Below are positions 1 through 10,861 of a stretch of 64,000 bases of DNA, one piece after another. The stretch is from Candidatus Poribacteria bacterium (GTDB lineage: Bacteria > Poribacteria > WGA-4E > WGA-3G). Below the pieces are notes generated by a model. It had not been told where the DNA came from. It did not search any database and was given only the letters and a program-made list of their open reading frames with translations. The translations under genes were made by a program, and so were the position numbers. Each line of letters begins with the position of its first letter. The stretch's first letter is position 1. The DNA lies in assembly GCA_965214095.1 (NCBI GenBank), contig OZ243938.1, positions 2,176,001 through 2,240,000 of the forward strand, in the 5' to 3' direction.

Positions 1-3000
1 GTAACAGCAATGGTATCAACGCCACCCCTATTATCACGAACGGTGATGGTAACTGAATAAGATGCCTTATCTTCACGGTCAAGTGCTGACTTCGTCTTTA
101 ACTGACCTGTTCCGTCATCAATATCAAACGATGCATCGTCTGTCCCACCAAGACTGTATGTGAGGGTATCCCCGTCTTGGTCTGTTGCGGATACTTGGTT
201 TCCGATATTCTGATTAGCCGCGGTATTTTCAGCAACGGAACGTGTTATGCTTGCCCCTTCTGTAAATACTGGCGCATCATTTTGATTGCTGATATTGATG
301 GTAACATCAATAGAATCACTGCCGCCTCTGTTGTCTGTGACAGAAACAGAAACAGAATAGGTCGCTTTCGTTTCAAAATCCAGAGCATCCTTTGTTTTGA
401 TCTGTCCAGAACTATCATCGATATCAAACGATGCATCATCTGTCCCACCGAGACTGTATGTGAGGCTTGTGTCATCCTGATCAGTCGCGGCGACTGGCGT
501 GCCGATATTTTGATCAGCCGCGGTATTTTCAGCAACGGAACGGGTTGTGCTTGTGCCATCGCTAAATATTGGAGCATCATTCACATTGCTGAGATTGATG
601 GTAACATCAATTGAATCGCTACCCCCATTATTATCGGTGACAGATACGGTAACGGAATATCTCGGTTTCGTTTCAAAATCCAGCGGTGTTTTTGTTTTGA
701 TCTGTCCAGAGGTATCGTCAATATCAAACGATGCAGCATCTGTGCCGGTAAGACTGTAGTCCAATGTATCGTCATCCGCATCCTCAGCGGCGACTGGCGT
801 GCCTACATCGGTATCTGCTGGACTGTTTTCAGCTACGCTGCGGGTTGTCGTCGCGCCATCCGTAAATGTAGGCGCATTATTTCCAACAATTACCTCTGTG
901 ACTTCAATGGTGACAGCAATGCTATCACTACCGCCTCTGTTATCTGTAACAGACACAGTAACAGAATGGGTCGGTTTATTACTAAAATCAAGTGCGGATT
1001 TCGTTTTCAATTGCCCCGTGCCTGTGTCAATGTCAAACGAAGCAGCATCTGTGCCAGCAAGACCATAAGTCAGGTTACTGTCATCCTGGTCAGTCGCAGC
1101 AACTGGCGTGCCGATATTTTGATCAGCCGCGGTATTTTCAGCAACGGAACGGGTTGTGCTTGTCCCATCGCTAAATATTGGAGCATCATTCACATTGCTG
1201 ATATTGATGGTAACATCAATTGAATCGTCACCCCCATTGTTATCGGTGACAGATACGGTTACCGAGTATCTCGGTTTTGTTTCAAAATCCAGCGGAACTT
1301 TTGTTTTGATCTGTCCAGAACTATCATCAATATCAAACGATGCAGCATCTGTGCCGTTCAGACTATAAGTCAAAGTATCGTCATCCGCATCCTCAGCGGC
1401 AACTGGCGTGCCTACATCGGTATCTGCTGGACTGTTTTCAGCAACGATTCGGATTGCTGTCGCACCATCCGTAAATGTCGGTGCATTGTTTCCAACAATT
1501 ACCTCAGTGACTTCAATGGTCACAACAATGCTATCACTACCGCCTCTGTTGTCTGTGACAGATACAGTGACAGAGTGTATCGCTTTATTGTCAAAATCAA
1601 GTGCGGATTTCGTTTTCAATTGACCCGTGCCAGTGTCAATGTCAAACGATGCAGCATCCGTGCCACGAAGACTGTATGTGAGGTTTGCGTCATCTTGGTC
1701 AGTCGCAGTAACCGGACTACCGATATTGGTATTTGCTACGGCATTTTCTGGAACGGAACGGGTCGTGCTTATCCCTTCTGTGAATATCGGTGCATCGTTC
1801 ACATTAGAGACGGTTATCGTAACAGCAAGGGTGACAATACCACCGTTGTTATCATCAGCAGACACCACAACCGAATACGATGCTTTCATCTCATGATCAA
1901 GCGCATCCTTCGTTTTCAATTGACCGTTGTTTGGGTCGATGTCAAAGGATAACGCATCCACCCCACTGAGACGATAAGTCAGATTATGCCTGTCTTCATC
2001 CGTTGCAGAGACTGGCGTGCCGATATTGAGATTTGCGTTCGTATTTTCAGCGATGGTGCGCGAAACCGAACCCGATTCTGAAAACACCGGCACATCATTC
2101 TCATTCGTAATGCGTATTTCAACATCAATAGAAGTTGTTCCACCTCTATTATCAGTCGCCGTGATGATGACAGCATATAACGGCTTCGTTTCAAAGTTTA
2201 AGGCATCCTTCGTTCGCAATTGACCGCTTGTGCTATCTATATTAAAGTGCGTTTGATCTGTGCCACCGAGCAGATACGTCAGACTACTATCGTCATCATC
2301 CGTTGCTGCGACCGGTTCACCGATGTTAATTCCTGGTCCCGCATGCTCACGGATGGTGCGGGTTGTGTCCGTGCCATCAGCAAAAGCAGGCGAATCATTG
2401 TCATTCGTCACGTTGATTGTCACGGTGATCCTATCACTCTGATTATTGTCGCTCACGGTTACTATGACAACATATTGCGAATCATCTTCAAAGTCAAGTG
2501 GCGCAAGCGTTTTCAGTTGTCCCGAGTTCGCATCAATGCTGAATGAAGCCGCATCGGTGCCACTTAATACATACCGTAACTGATCACTATCGTCATCCGT
2601 CGCATAGATAGGATTGCCGATGTTTGTATTGGGTGCTGAGTTTTCTGCGATGGTACGGATTGTGCTGGTGCCCTCCGTAAATTCAGGGGCATTGTTAGAA
2701 GGCGTTTCATTGACATTGATTACGGATATCGTCACCGTGGTAGTGTCAGTTCCCTGCTTACTATCGTCCACGGTTATAGTTACCGAATAACGTGGTTTTG
2801 TTTCAAAATCCAAAGCTGAAAATGTGCGTAATTGACCAGTATCTGAATCAATACGAAATGCACTGCCGTCCGTCCCACTAAGGCTATAGATCAAAGTATC
2901 ATTGTCAAGATCCGTAGCAGAAACAGGACTACCGATAGCAACACCCGCGAGGGTATTTTCAGGGATTGAACGTGTTGTACTACTGCCTTCTGTGAACACT

Positions 3001-6000
3001 GGCGCGTTGTTCGTATATCTGAGTGTAATAACAACCGTAGTAGACGTGCTACTGCCGCTGCTATCGGTTACAATCACCGTAAACGTATAAGTGGTTTTCG
3101 AGGTGAAGTCAACAGATTCATTTGTGCTAATCTGTCCAGTGGATTCATCAATATCAAAGTATGATGCATCATCGCCACCAAGACTATAGGTCAATGAGTC
3201 GTTATCTTCATCGTTAGCAGACACTGCTGAACCGATGTCAACATTGGCAGAGATCACATTATCTGTAACCTCAATCCGAATGCTGCCACCTTCTGAAAAC
3301 TCAGGTGCATCGTTCTCATCTGTAACATAGATAGTGACATTGATTGTCGCAGTTAGTTTATTGTCGGATACGGAAACAATGACGTTATACGTATTCCTAT
3401 CTTCATAGTTCAACGTTGCCCTTGTTCTCAATTGACCGCTCGTTCTATCAATGTCAAATAGGGACGCATCTGTGCTACTCAGGCTATAGATGAGGGTGTC
3501 GTTATTGACATCTGTTGCGGACACAGGCGTGCCGATATTCGAGCCAACAGAAGCGTTTTCCGACACAGACCGAGACGTAGCCGTTCCATCCCTGAATACG
3601 GGTGCACTATTGATAGGACCTTCCACGATGTCAGTAATAAGGATTGTCACTGTTATTCTATCCACACCCAAATTGCCATCAGAGACAGAAATGGTTACGG
3701 AATAGTTGGATTTACCCTCATAGTCAAGCGGTGCTTGTGTTCGCAACTGTCCCGATGAACTATCAATGCTAAACGATGCGGCATCCTGTCCACTGAGGCT
3801 ATATGTCAATGTATCGTTATCGGTATCTCTCGCAGACACGGGGTTACCGATATTGACACCCGAGCCAGTGTTTTCAGCAATGGAACGGGTTGATGCAGCA
3901 CCTTCAACAAAGACAGGGGCGCGGTTTTCATTCACATCTCGGATATATATCGTGATCGCGATTGAATCGCTCCCACCATTCCCATCCGACACAGTAACAG
4001 TCACAGAATGGGTGGTTTTGCGTTCATAATCCAAAGATGCCTTGGTATAGATTTGCCCCGTTGTGCTATCAATACTAAATAGCGATGCATCCACACCGCT
4101 GAGTTTATAGGTCAATGTATCATTATCAGCATCGGTTGCGAAAATTGGATTACCAATCTTCACGCCCGATGCTGTGCTCTCCTGTATCGTTCGGGTGGCG
4201 CGTACACCTTCTGTCAATACAGGGGAACGATTTGGCGGGGACTCAAACACATTACGGACAATGATAGCAACTAAAATAGATGCTTCTCCACTATGACTAT
4301 CGGACACAGAGATCGTCACAAGATATGTGGATTTTTCTTCAAAGTCAAGCGGTGCTAATGTGCTGAGTTGCCCCGTTGCACTATCTATAAGAAACGACTC
4401 GACATCTGTGCCACCGAGCGTGTATGTCAATGTGTCGCCATCCGCATCTGTCGCAGACACAGGTTCTCCGATCTTAACACCGAAGGCAGTATTTTCTAAT
4501 ACCGTGCGGGCAGTGCTATCTCCTTCAGTGAACACAGGGGCATCGTTCGTGGCAACCTCATCTACATCAAGAATAAACACTTGAACAGTTATATTTTGAT
4601 TCGGATTCATACCGTCAGAGACGGATATGATGACTGAGTAGCTTGATTTGCTTTCATAATTTAACGGTGCGAGTGTTAGCAATTGCCCCGTTTCCGTATC
4701 AATGTTGAAAGCAGCAGCATCCTCGCCACTGAGCGTATAGGTCAAGGTGTCACCATCGGAATCCGTTGCAGATATCGGTATTCCAATATTTTCGCCTGCA
4801 TCCGTATTTTCAGACGCATAACGGAATGCTGTTCTCCCATCGCTAAATATAGGGGGTTTGTTGTCAAATACGTCTGTGATTGTAATCGTGACACGGATGC
4901 TATCTCTGGCGTTATATATATCCATCACAGAAACGAGAACTGAATACGATCTTTTGCGTTCAAAATCAAGCGGTGCGCGTGTTCGCAACTGTCCCGTTGT
5001 GGTTTCTATGTCAAATATCTCAGCATCTTCACCAGTGAGACGATAGGTGAGGGTATCCTCTTCCGCATCTGTCGCGGTGATAGGGCTGCCGATAGCACTC
5101 CCAGCAGCGGTATTTTCAGCAACAGAACGAGTCGTGTTCATACCCTCGGTAAATATAGGTGCAGTATTGAAACGCGGGATAATTTCTAATTGATAGTCGC
5201 TACCTTTTACAAGCACATACCCTCTATGTAATAGGGGTATAGTCGGCATCTCGCCTAATTCTACAGAAACAGGCTCCTTTGTGCCGGCATCGCGAGTTAC
5301 AGAGAACGGTCTACTTTCAACACTCCCCATCGGCAGTGCGATAGAAGTGATGCCGTCCTCAATTGTGCCATTCTCTATGCTAATCGGCACCTCAATGTCA
5401 AACGGGGCACCCGCAGGGATAATCACGTTGAATGTGCCATCCGCTAGTTTCTCTAATGAGACTGTGAGCGATAGCGGATCTACGCTGTTACCACTCAAAT
5501 CAAGCTCCTTCAGAGAGACCAGCCTGTAGAAAAGACCTTCAGGAAGTTCCTTAATCTCATTGTCTTTTAACGAAAGCGTGGAAAGTGAAAGCATCCCTCT
5601 GAAATCATAGCCTGTGAGTGAAGGAATATCCATATTACTCAGGTCAAGTGCCGTTATCTTCGCAAGGTCAATGTCTGTTATGTTATAGCAATCGGTAACA
5701 TGCGGAACCATCATATTGATCGCATCTGCGACCTGTTTTGTGCGATTACAAACGGTTGATTTCGCGATGACATACCCGAAGTGACCTACAGGTATTCTCG
5801 GCAAAACACCGAAAGTCACATCAATTTCAGCGGATGACTCCGCAACAAAGATGGAACTTATCAAACTCCCTTTCGGTATAGTTACCATAAGCCTTGAAGT
5901 CGTTACCAAACCGTGTTTTATTTCAATCGGGACAACTATATCAAAAGGTGCCCCCGTAGGCACGAAGGCTCGATATTTGCCTTTACTCTCCTTTAGCATT

Positions 6001-7982
6001 GAGACAACCAGCGGGAACGGTTCAAGCGTGTTTCTTCCAAGTCGTAACTTTTTCAGGGACGTTAACCCTTCAAAGATGCCGAAAGGAAGTGAAGTCAGTT
6101 GATTGTCGTGCAGATTGATACTTTCTAAACCTGTCAAGCCGGAGAAATCTCCGATCTTGAGTGCTGTCAGCCCGCTTTCTCGTAGGACGAGTTCAGTGAT
6201 CGTTGCTAAATCCGCATCGGTTACTTCCTCCGCAGAATCGACATCCGGGAGTGCGTCAACAATCGCATCACGCACGGCAGGTGTCCGTTCACTTACAGGA
6301 ACTATCATCGGCACATAACCGATGTCATCCGTATTGATTAGAGCAATCAGCACACTGATACTATCAGAAACAGCACCATCCGTTACGAACACTTTCAGAA
6401 AACATACAGACTTCTTTTCATAATCCAGTGCGGATTTCGTCTTTATTTGTCCTGTTTCAGAATTGAGAGTAAATAGGTGTGCATCCGCGCCGTCTAAGGT
6501 ATAGGTCAAACTATCCTCGTCCATATCCGTCGCGGAGACAGCAGGACCGACATTAACACCGGAGGGTGTATTCTCTGGAATCCTACGAATAGCAAACGCA
6601 CCTTCAGGAAACACGGGTGCCCTATTTGTAACCACATCAATAATGACGATTATAGTATCTGTCAGACTACCATCTGAAACTGTAAGATTGAGATAATAGG
6701 TAGATTTGGTTTTGTAGTCTACAGCGGGTTTTGCTTTCAATTGTCCCGTTGCGGTGTCAATATCAAAAAATGCAGCATCTGCACCGTCTATGCTAAACGT
6801 CAAAGTATCTTTATTCGCATCCGTTGCGGAGACAGGTTCACCGATGGCAGTGCCTGCTATGATGTTATCTGATATTGACCGCCTGGCAATTTCCCCTGAG
6901 AATACGGGTGCTTTGTTTTCTGGCACTTCAATGACAACAACGATTTCGTCTGTTAACTTACCATCAGATACTTTCAGCGTTAGATAATAGGATGACTTGA
7001 CGGTGTAGTCTGTTGATGCTTTCGCTTTCAACTGTCCGTTTGTTGTATCAACATCAAATAGGGCAGCATCCTGTCCACTCAAACTATAGGTGAGTGTATC
7101 ATTTTCAGGATCTGTCGCAGATATAGGTTCCCCGATATTTTCACCCGCCGCTATATTCCGTTTCAAAGAACGCATGGCGATGATACCTTCGCTGAACTCT
7201 GGTGAGGTATTCGGTTCAACTTTCAACACGAGCGGGAGGAGGTCAGACTTGCGGAGATAATACCCAAGATGGATTGCTGGTAACCTTGATAAGGTACTGA
7301 TGTCTACAGATATTTGCTGCGTGGTGCCGGGTGTGCGAGTTACCGTGATGGTTTCGCTGTATAATTTACCGATGGGTATTTTCAGGTTGAACGTATCTCT
7401 CGGCACAGTGCCGCCAGTGATTGTCACGGACACTGTGATATTGAAAGGCGCGCCGGTGGGCATTTCCGCTCTAAATTGGTCGTTTTCAACCGATTTTAGC
7501 GAAACAGCAATCGGAAAAGGACGCAGCAGATTCTGGCTTAATCGCAATGTTTGTAAGGATGTCAAGCCTTCAAATATCTTCGCGGGTAAACGTCTCAATT
7601 TATTGTTAGATAGATTGAGATTTTTCAGTCCTGTTAACCCTGAGAAATCTCCCGTTTTCAATGTAGAGATGTTCTTTGATGCGAGTGTCAGTTCTTGAAT
7701 TTTAGTGAGATGTGTTTCATTTATATCTTCCGCGGCACTCACATCCGGCACGGCTGCAACGATGGCATCTCGTACCTGTTGTGTGCGGTCACTTACCGGT
7801 GTAATGTCAGCATATCCTATATGATTTATGGACAGACCTATCAGCAGGAGTGCCAGAAAGGATATGGTGCTTATTCTATTCAGACTGAGGTTTCGTTGAT
7901 TTGGGTTGTTTGGGTTTACAGAATTGGTTTCTTTTAATTTTTGTTTTTCTTTATTTATATTAATTGTTTTCTGTAAATTCAA
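1..7982 (-). CDS. Giant secreted adhesin-like protein: 3 leucine-rich-repeat modules and about 20 cadherin-like repeats; 3' end lies outside the window
   Basis: Absent from the ORF track because there is no stop in the window. My manual translation reads in the same frame at both ends. TTG start at 7982 after AAGGAGA; hydrophobic signal segment (SFLALLLIGLSINHIGYA/D); LRR blocks (GDFSGLTGLKNLNLSNNKLRRLPAKIFEGLTSL); repeated NxAPxFxEG..RSVAEN..IGxPVxATDxDxDxLTYSLxGxDAxxFDID..GQLxTKxxLDFE units. Confidence 0.9.
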   Translation of the reverse strand, partial: MNLQKTININKEKQKLKETNSVNPNNPNQRNLSLNRISTISFLALLLIGLSINHIGYADITPVSDRTQQVRDAIVAAVPDVSAAEDINETHLTKIQELTLASKNISTLKTGDFSGLTGLKNLNLSNNKLRRLPAKIFEGLTSLQTLRLSQNLLRPFPIAVSLKSVENDQFRAEMPTGAPFNITVSVTITGGTVPRDTFNLKIPIGKLYSETITVTRTPGTTQQISVDISTLSRLPAIHLGYYLRKSDLLPLVLKVEPNTSPEFSEGIIAMRSLKRNIAAGENIGEPISATDPENDTLTYSLSGQDAALFDVDTTNGQLKAKASTDYTVKSSYYLTLKVSDGKLTDEIVVVIEVPENKAPVFSGEIARRSISDNIIAGTAIGEPVSATDANKDTLTFSIDGADAAFFDIDTATGQLKAKPAVDYKTKSTYYLNLTVSDGSLTDTIIVIIDVVTNRAPVFPEGAFAIRRIPENTPSGVNVGPAVSATDMDEDSLTYTLDGADAHLFTLNSETGQIKTKSALDYEKKSVCFLKVFVTDGAVSDSISVLIALINTDDIGYVPMIVPVSERTPAVRDAIVDALPDVDSAEEVTDADLATITELVLRESGLTALKIGDFSGLTGLESINLHDNQLTSLPFGIFEGLTSLKKLRLGRNTLEPFPLVVSMLKESKGKYRAFVPTGAPFDIVVPIEIKHGLVTTSRLMVTIPKGSLISSIFVAESSAEIDVTFGVLPRIPVGHFGYVIAKSTVCNRTKQVADAINMMVPHVTDCYNITDIDLAKITALDLSNMDIPSLTGYDFRGMLSLSTLSLKDNEIKELPEGLFYRLVSLKELDLSGNSVDPLSLTVSLEKLADGTFNVIIPAGAPFDIEVPISIENGTIEDGITSIALPMGSVESRPFSVTRDAGTKEPVSVELGEMPTIPLLHRGYVLVKGSDYQLEIIPRFNTAPIFTEGMNTTRSVAENTAAGSAIGSPITATDAEEDTLTYRLTGEDAEIFDIETTTGQLRTRAPLDFERKRSYSVLVSVMDIYNARDSIRVTITITDVFDNKPPIFSDGRTAFRYASENTDAGENIGIPISATDSDGDTLTYTLSGEDAAAFNIDTETGQLLTLAPLNYESKSSYSVIISVSDGMNPNQNITVQVFILDVDEVATNDAPVFTEGDSTARTVLENTAFGVKIGEPVSATDADGDTLTYTLGGTDVESFLIDSATGQLSTLAPLDFEEKSTYLVTISVSDSHSGEASILVAIIVRNVFESPPNRSPVLTEGVRATRTIQESTASGVKIGNPIFATDADNDTLTYKLSGVDASLFSIDSTTGQIYTKASLDYERKTTHSVTVTVSDGNGGSDSIAITIYIRDVNENRAPVFVEGAASTRSIAENTGSGVNIGNPVSARDTDNDTLTYSLSGQDAASFSIDSSSGQLRTQAPLDYEGKSNYSVTISVSDGNLGVDRITVTILITDIVEGPINSAPVFRDGTATSRSVSENASVGSNIGTPVSATDVNNDTLIYSLSSTDASLFDIDRTSGQLRTRATLNYEDRNTYNVIVSVSDNKLTATINVTIYVTDENDAPEFSEGGSIRIEVTDNVISANVDIGSAVSANDEDNDSLTYSLGGDDASYFDIDESTGQISTNESVDFTSKTTYTFTVIVTDSSGSSTSTTVVITLRYTNNAPVFTEGSSTTRSIPENTLAGVAIGSPVSATDLDNDTLIYSLSGTDGSAFRIDSDTGQLRTFSALDFETKPRYSVTITVDDSKQGTDTTTVTISVINVNETPSNNAPEFTEGTSTIRTIAENSAPNTNIGNPIYATDDDSDQLRYVLSGTDAASFSIDANSGQLKTLAPLDFEDDSQYVVIVTVSDNNQSDRITVTINVTNDNDSPAFADGTDTTRTIREHAGPGINIGEPVAATDDDDSSLTYLLGGTDQTHFNIDSTSGQLRTKDALNFETKPLYAVIITATDNRGGTTSIDVEIRITNENDVPVFSESGSVSRTIAENTNANLNIGTPVSATDEDRHNLTYRLSGVDALSFDIDPNNGQLKTKDALDHEMKASYSVVVSADDNNGGIVTLAVTITVSNVNDAPIFTEGISTTRSVPENAVANTNIGSPVTATDQDDANLTYSLRGTDAASFDIDTGTGQLKTKSALDFDNKAIHSVTVSVTDNRGGSDSIVVTIEVTEVIVGNNAPTFTDGATAIRIVAENSPADTDVGTPVAAEDADDDTLTYSLNGTDAASFDIDDSSGQIKTKVPLDFETKPRYSVTVSVTDNNGGDDSIDVTINISNVNDAPIFSDGTSTTRSVAENTAADQNIGTPVAATDQDDSNLTYGLAGTDAASFDIDTGTGQLKTKSALDFSNKPTHSVTVSVTDNRGGSDSIAVTIEVTEVIVGNNAPTFTDGATTTRSVAENSPADTDVGTPVAAEDADDDTLDYSLTGTDAASFDIDDTSGQIKTKTPLDFETKPRYSVTVSVTDNNGGSDSIDVTINLSNVNDAPIFSDGTSTTRSVAENTAADQNIGTPVAATDQDDTSLTYSLGGTDDASFDIDDSSGQIKTKDALDFETKATYSVSVSVTDNRGGSDSIDVTINISNQNDAPVFTEGASITRSVAENTAANQNIGNQVSATDQDGDTLTYSLGGTDDASFDIDDGTGQLKTKSALDREDKASYSVTITVRDNRGGVDTIAV
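470..1659. repeat. Intragenic tandem duplication, period 609 bp (two cadherin domains)
   Basis: Sequence from 481 is near-identical to sequence from 1090; shadow ORF pairs 547/1156 and 799/1408 are each offset by 609. Ends are approximate. Confidence 0.85.
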
Positions 7983-8064
7983 TCATTTCTCCTTTATTAT
8001 GTTAGCCATAATGAGTCACAATTTATTTTTCATTACATTAAACATATTTGTCCCTCCTGATATT

Positions 8065-8094
8065 ATTATATATTAGTATATCATTTATTGTCAA
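8065..8094 (-). promoter_or_regulatory. Sigma70-type promoter of the adhesin gene
   Basis: TTGACA (8094-8089), 18 nt spacer, TATAAT (8070-8065) on the minus strand. Confidence 0.6.
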
Positions 8095-8343
8095 ACATTT
8101 TTTATTATTGTTTGGTGTAGAATTTCGGATGTGTGCGGAGCATGTCCGAGGCGTGGCACGGAGACACTGCGCAACGATGTGTGGACTGTTTATCCCTAAA
8201 TTGATGTTTGTGGTAAAATCGGAAAGTCCTGAAAATCCTGGTTCAGACAAAATCCCTGAAAATCCGAGATTCATATACAACCCTTGCATTCAATAAAGTA
8301 GAGTTCAAGATTATCTCCATCACAACACAGAAACAGAAAAATT

Positions 8344-8478
8344 GTATATCTACATGAAGATTAAGAAATAAATCAGGTAATTTCCTTGAGAAGTCCAGTG
8401 CGGTTAGGAAACCGCACCTACCGGGTTTGGGTAAATGAGAATTACCCGTTTAATAAATTAATCTTCATCAAGATATAC
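8344..8478. mobile_element. MITE-like element with 21-bp imperfect terminal inverted repeats, carrying a REP hairpin
   Basis: GTATATCTACATGAAGATTAA ... TTAATCTTCATCAAGATATAC; internal GTGCGGTTAGGAAACCGCACCTACC at 8398-8422. Confidence 0.6.
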
Positions 8479-8569
8479 CCAAAGCAGAAAATACATAAGC
8501 CAAACAAATTGTCCCCCGTGTCCCCTTATCTCTCGGCTCAGAGAACCTTGACCTTGCAAAAGAAACATT

Positions 8570-9114
8570 CTTACAACGCGGATTTGCTTATATCCGACAA
8601 GAGGACGATATTCACCGATGGACACAATCTGAATAAGCGGATCGTCCAGGTTGAATTGGAACGATTGACGGATAGACGGATCGTTTTGATAGCAGGCGCG
8701 CCACTTCCCAACATCACAAACAGACAGGAAACTGCCATCTTCGACTGGGAAGATTTTGAGATCGCAGGCGGATTAGATAAACTCCTTGAAATCATCGCAA
8801 TACGCGAACGTTTTGAACAGGAACGCGAAAACCTAACAGCAGACTCCAGCAGAGAGGAAGTGCAACGCGTATTGGAGTGTTCTCAAAGACAAGCAAACCG
8901 CGTCTTGCAAAGACTTAGAGGTGGGAATATCCCACGTAAAACCTTCAAAGAGCAAATCCTTTCTCTCCTCACGGATGGCGAGAAAAAAACAGCCGAAATC
9001 ACCGCTGCCATTGACGGACATCCAGAAGCGATACAACACGAACTCACCCGCCTTGTAGAGGCAGATGAAATTGTCAGAATCCGCCGCGGTGTATATGCAT
9101 TACCAAAACAATAG
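8570..9114 (+). pseudogene. Probable 3' remnant of a larger gene ending in a winged-helix (AbiEi-antitoxin-like) domain
   Basis: The predicted start (8386) lies inside a repeat element and there is no good RBS/ATG. The C-terminus EQILSLL..KTAEITAAI..ELTRLVEADEIVRIRRGVYALP is wHTH-like. The 5' boundary is approximate. Confidence 0.5.
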
Positions 9115-9254
9115 CGTAATACAACGCTATTTAATGTTGAAGCCACCCATGCAAAATATTATCCACTGTAGGTCCGGTTTCCTAACCTCATCCACAGTGG
9201 ATAGAAAAGCGGGACACGGATGCCCCGCATTACAATGATTGACGGTATTTGCAC

Positions 9255-9950
9255 TTATCGGGAGTTCTTGATGCCTCCCCATGTCGTTGTGAGCTTAGCT
9301 TTAGGGTCTACGGGATAACTATCGTCGCCGAAGAACTCAATCTCGCCAATTTGAAAGTACGCCCCACCCGGGTTCGCTACGGTGTTAAAAGTAACATGCC
9401 GAAAAAACCGATACCCGACTTTTTGAACATCGAAATCTTCTCCTGCATCAAAACGGACGACTTGCAGTCGCTGATCCCAAAAACTATCGCCGTCGTGAGA
9501 AAAGATGGTTGTAAACTCCTCACCATCGTTAGAGCCCTGAATTTCCCACTCTATAGGATCCCTTGCAGGAGTATCGTTCGCTGAAGATACGGTGAAGTGT
9601 GTCAATGCGTATATCTCATCAAACTCAGCTGTTATATGTAGGCCTTCCTCCGGAATGCCTCCAGCAGGTCCTCAGCACCACTTAGCATTGCCGCCACCAA
9701 GTATGTTATCAAAGACGTTAAACGCAGATTCACCGCCTCCGAATCCGGGTTCATCGTTAGCAGTGAAGATGGCGTTGTAACCTTCATCTGCATCCGCCGC
9801 GCCATCGTCTTCTGGGTCTGTTAGGTCACCGCCAAGCAGTGATTCCGTACCTACTCCCAAGATTTCCTCCGCCTGGGCTATCTGGCTTGTGCCGACAACA
9901 AAAAGTGCCATCATCAACACAAAACCCGCTAATACCACAATATTTTTCAT
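9255..9950 (-). CDS. Secreted discoidin/F5-8 type C-like protein with in-frame UGA (putative selenoprotein, 231 aa)
   Basis: ORFs 9672..9950 and 9255..9605 are in the same frame, joined by TGA (9674-9672) plus 22 sense codons. Signal peptide and RBS AGGAG; motif SSANDTPARDPIEWEIQGSNDG..YRFFR..FQIGEIEFFG; C-terminal KLTTTWGGIK. Confidence 0.8.
9640..9660 (-). promoter_or_regulatory. Candidate bacterial SECIS hairpin
   Basis: AGGC-A-UUCC-GGA-GGAA-G-GCCU begins 11 nt after the UGA; the apical loop starts with G. Confidence 0.6.
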
Positions 9951-10128
9951 TATGTGTGATCTCCTCTAAAGAAATGAATCTCACGTTTACGTGAGTTCAA
10001 ATTAATTGTATGTATTATAACTAATCTTTACTAATCTATTTTCCATCGTAACAAATTACCAAAAATTAGTCAATATTATTTTTGAAGGTGCCAAGATTGT
10101 TTAGTTATCGGTTTTTGTTCAATATTAT

Positions 10129-10413
10129 TCACAACAACTTCGCAAAAATCATGTAACGGAACATCAAAATGCAGGGCACACTCACAAATACCACAACATT
10201 CGCAAAAATCTCATATCTTCTCACATCATGGTGAGGTTTCATCTGTTTCCACCGGGTGATGAACGCCGATGCACCACCCCATATCCCAAGACATATACCA
10301 ACATCGCAAATAATAAGGTTCATACCGCTTGTAATGAACTTCAGCAGAAAACAGACAATCCCCAAACTCATTGACCAAGTGATGAGGAACGAGTCGGAAG
10401 TCAAAATAGACAT
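10129..10413 (-). CDS. Small hypothetical membrane protein
   Basis: 94 aa, three hydrophobic stretches, RBS AGGGGAG upstream of ATG. Confidence 0.5.
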   Translation of the reverse strand: MSILTSDSFLITWSMSLGIVCFLLKFITSGMNLIICDVGICLGIWGGASAFITRWKQMKPHHDVRRYEIFANVVVFVSVPCILMFRYMIFAKLL

Positions 10414-10861
10414 AACTCTCCCCTTTCCTGATACTTCACTATCAGTTCATAAATATTTTTGCCATATCTATGCAATATCCTTGCCAATTCAATAAACCCT
10501 ACTGTTATAGGGTTTATAAAGATCGCACACATAACATTCTGCCGTAACATACAAGTTATGCATACCTCCACACAATTTATGCATGTTGTATGAACAAATA
10601 TTGCGTGTTTTTCTGTTTTGAACAACAATATTTGCGTATTTCGTGCCTTGATGCCGTTACCTGATACCGCACGAAATGTGATGTCTGATTTGATGAAGTC
10701 CGTTACGTTTGTGTCAAAAACCATGTTGATGCTGAATGTACCGCTATGAACTGTTATGTAGTTGGTAATATTTGCGTTAATCATGGTAAGCCATATCCTT
10801 GATAAATCTGAAAGAATATGTGAAACTTAACAATATTTTCTAACACGATGGAGAGAGCAGC

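Noticed and set aside
177-7937. About 30 short ORFs in the first 8 kb
   Set aside because: They are antisense or off-frame shadows of the single cadherin/LRR gene.
9672-9674. Genome-wide UGA reassignment (code 4 or 25)
   Set aside because: Many genes end properly at TGA (e.g. 13398, 15775, 28671, 36870) and long ORFs use TGG for Trp.
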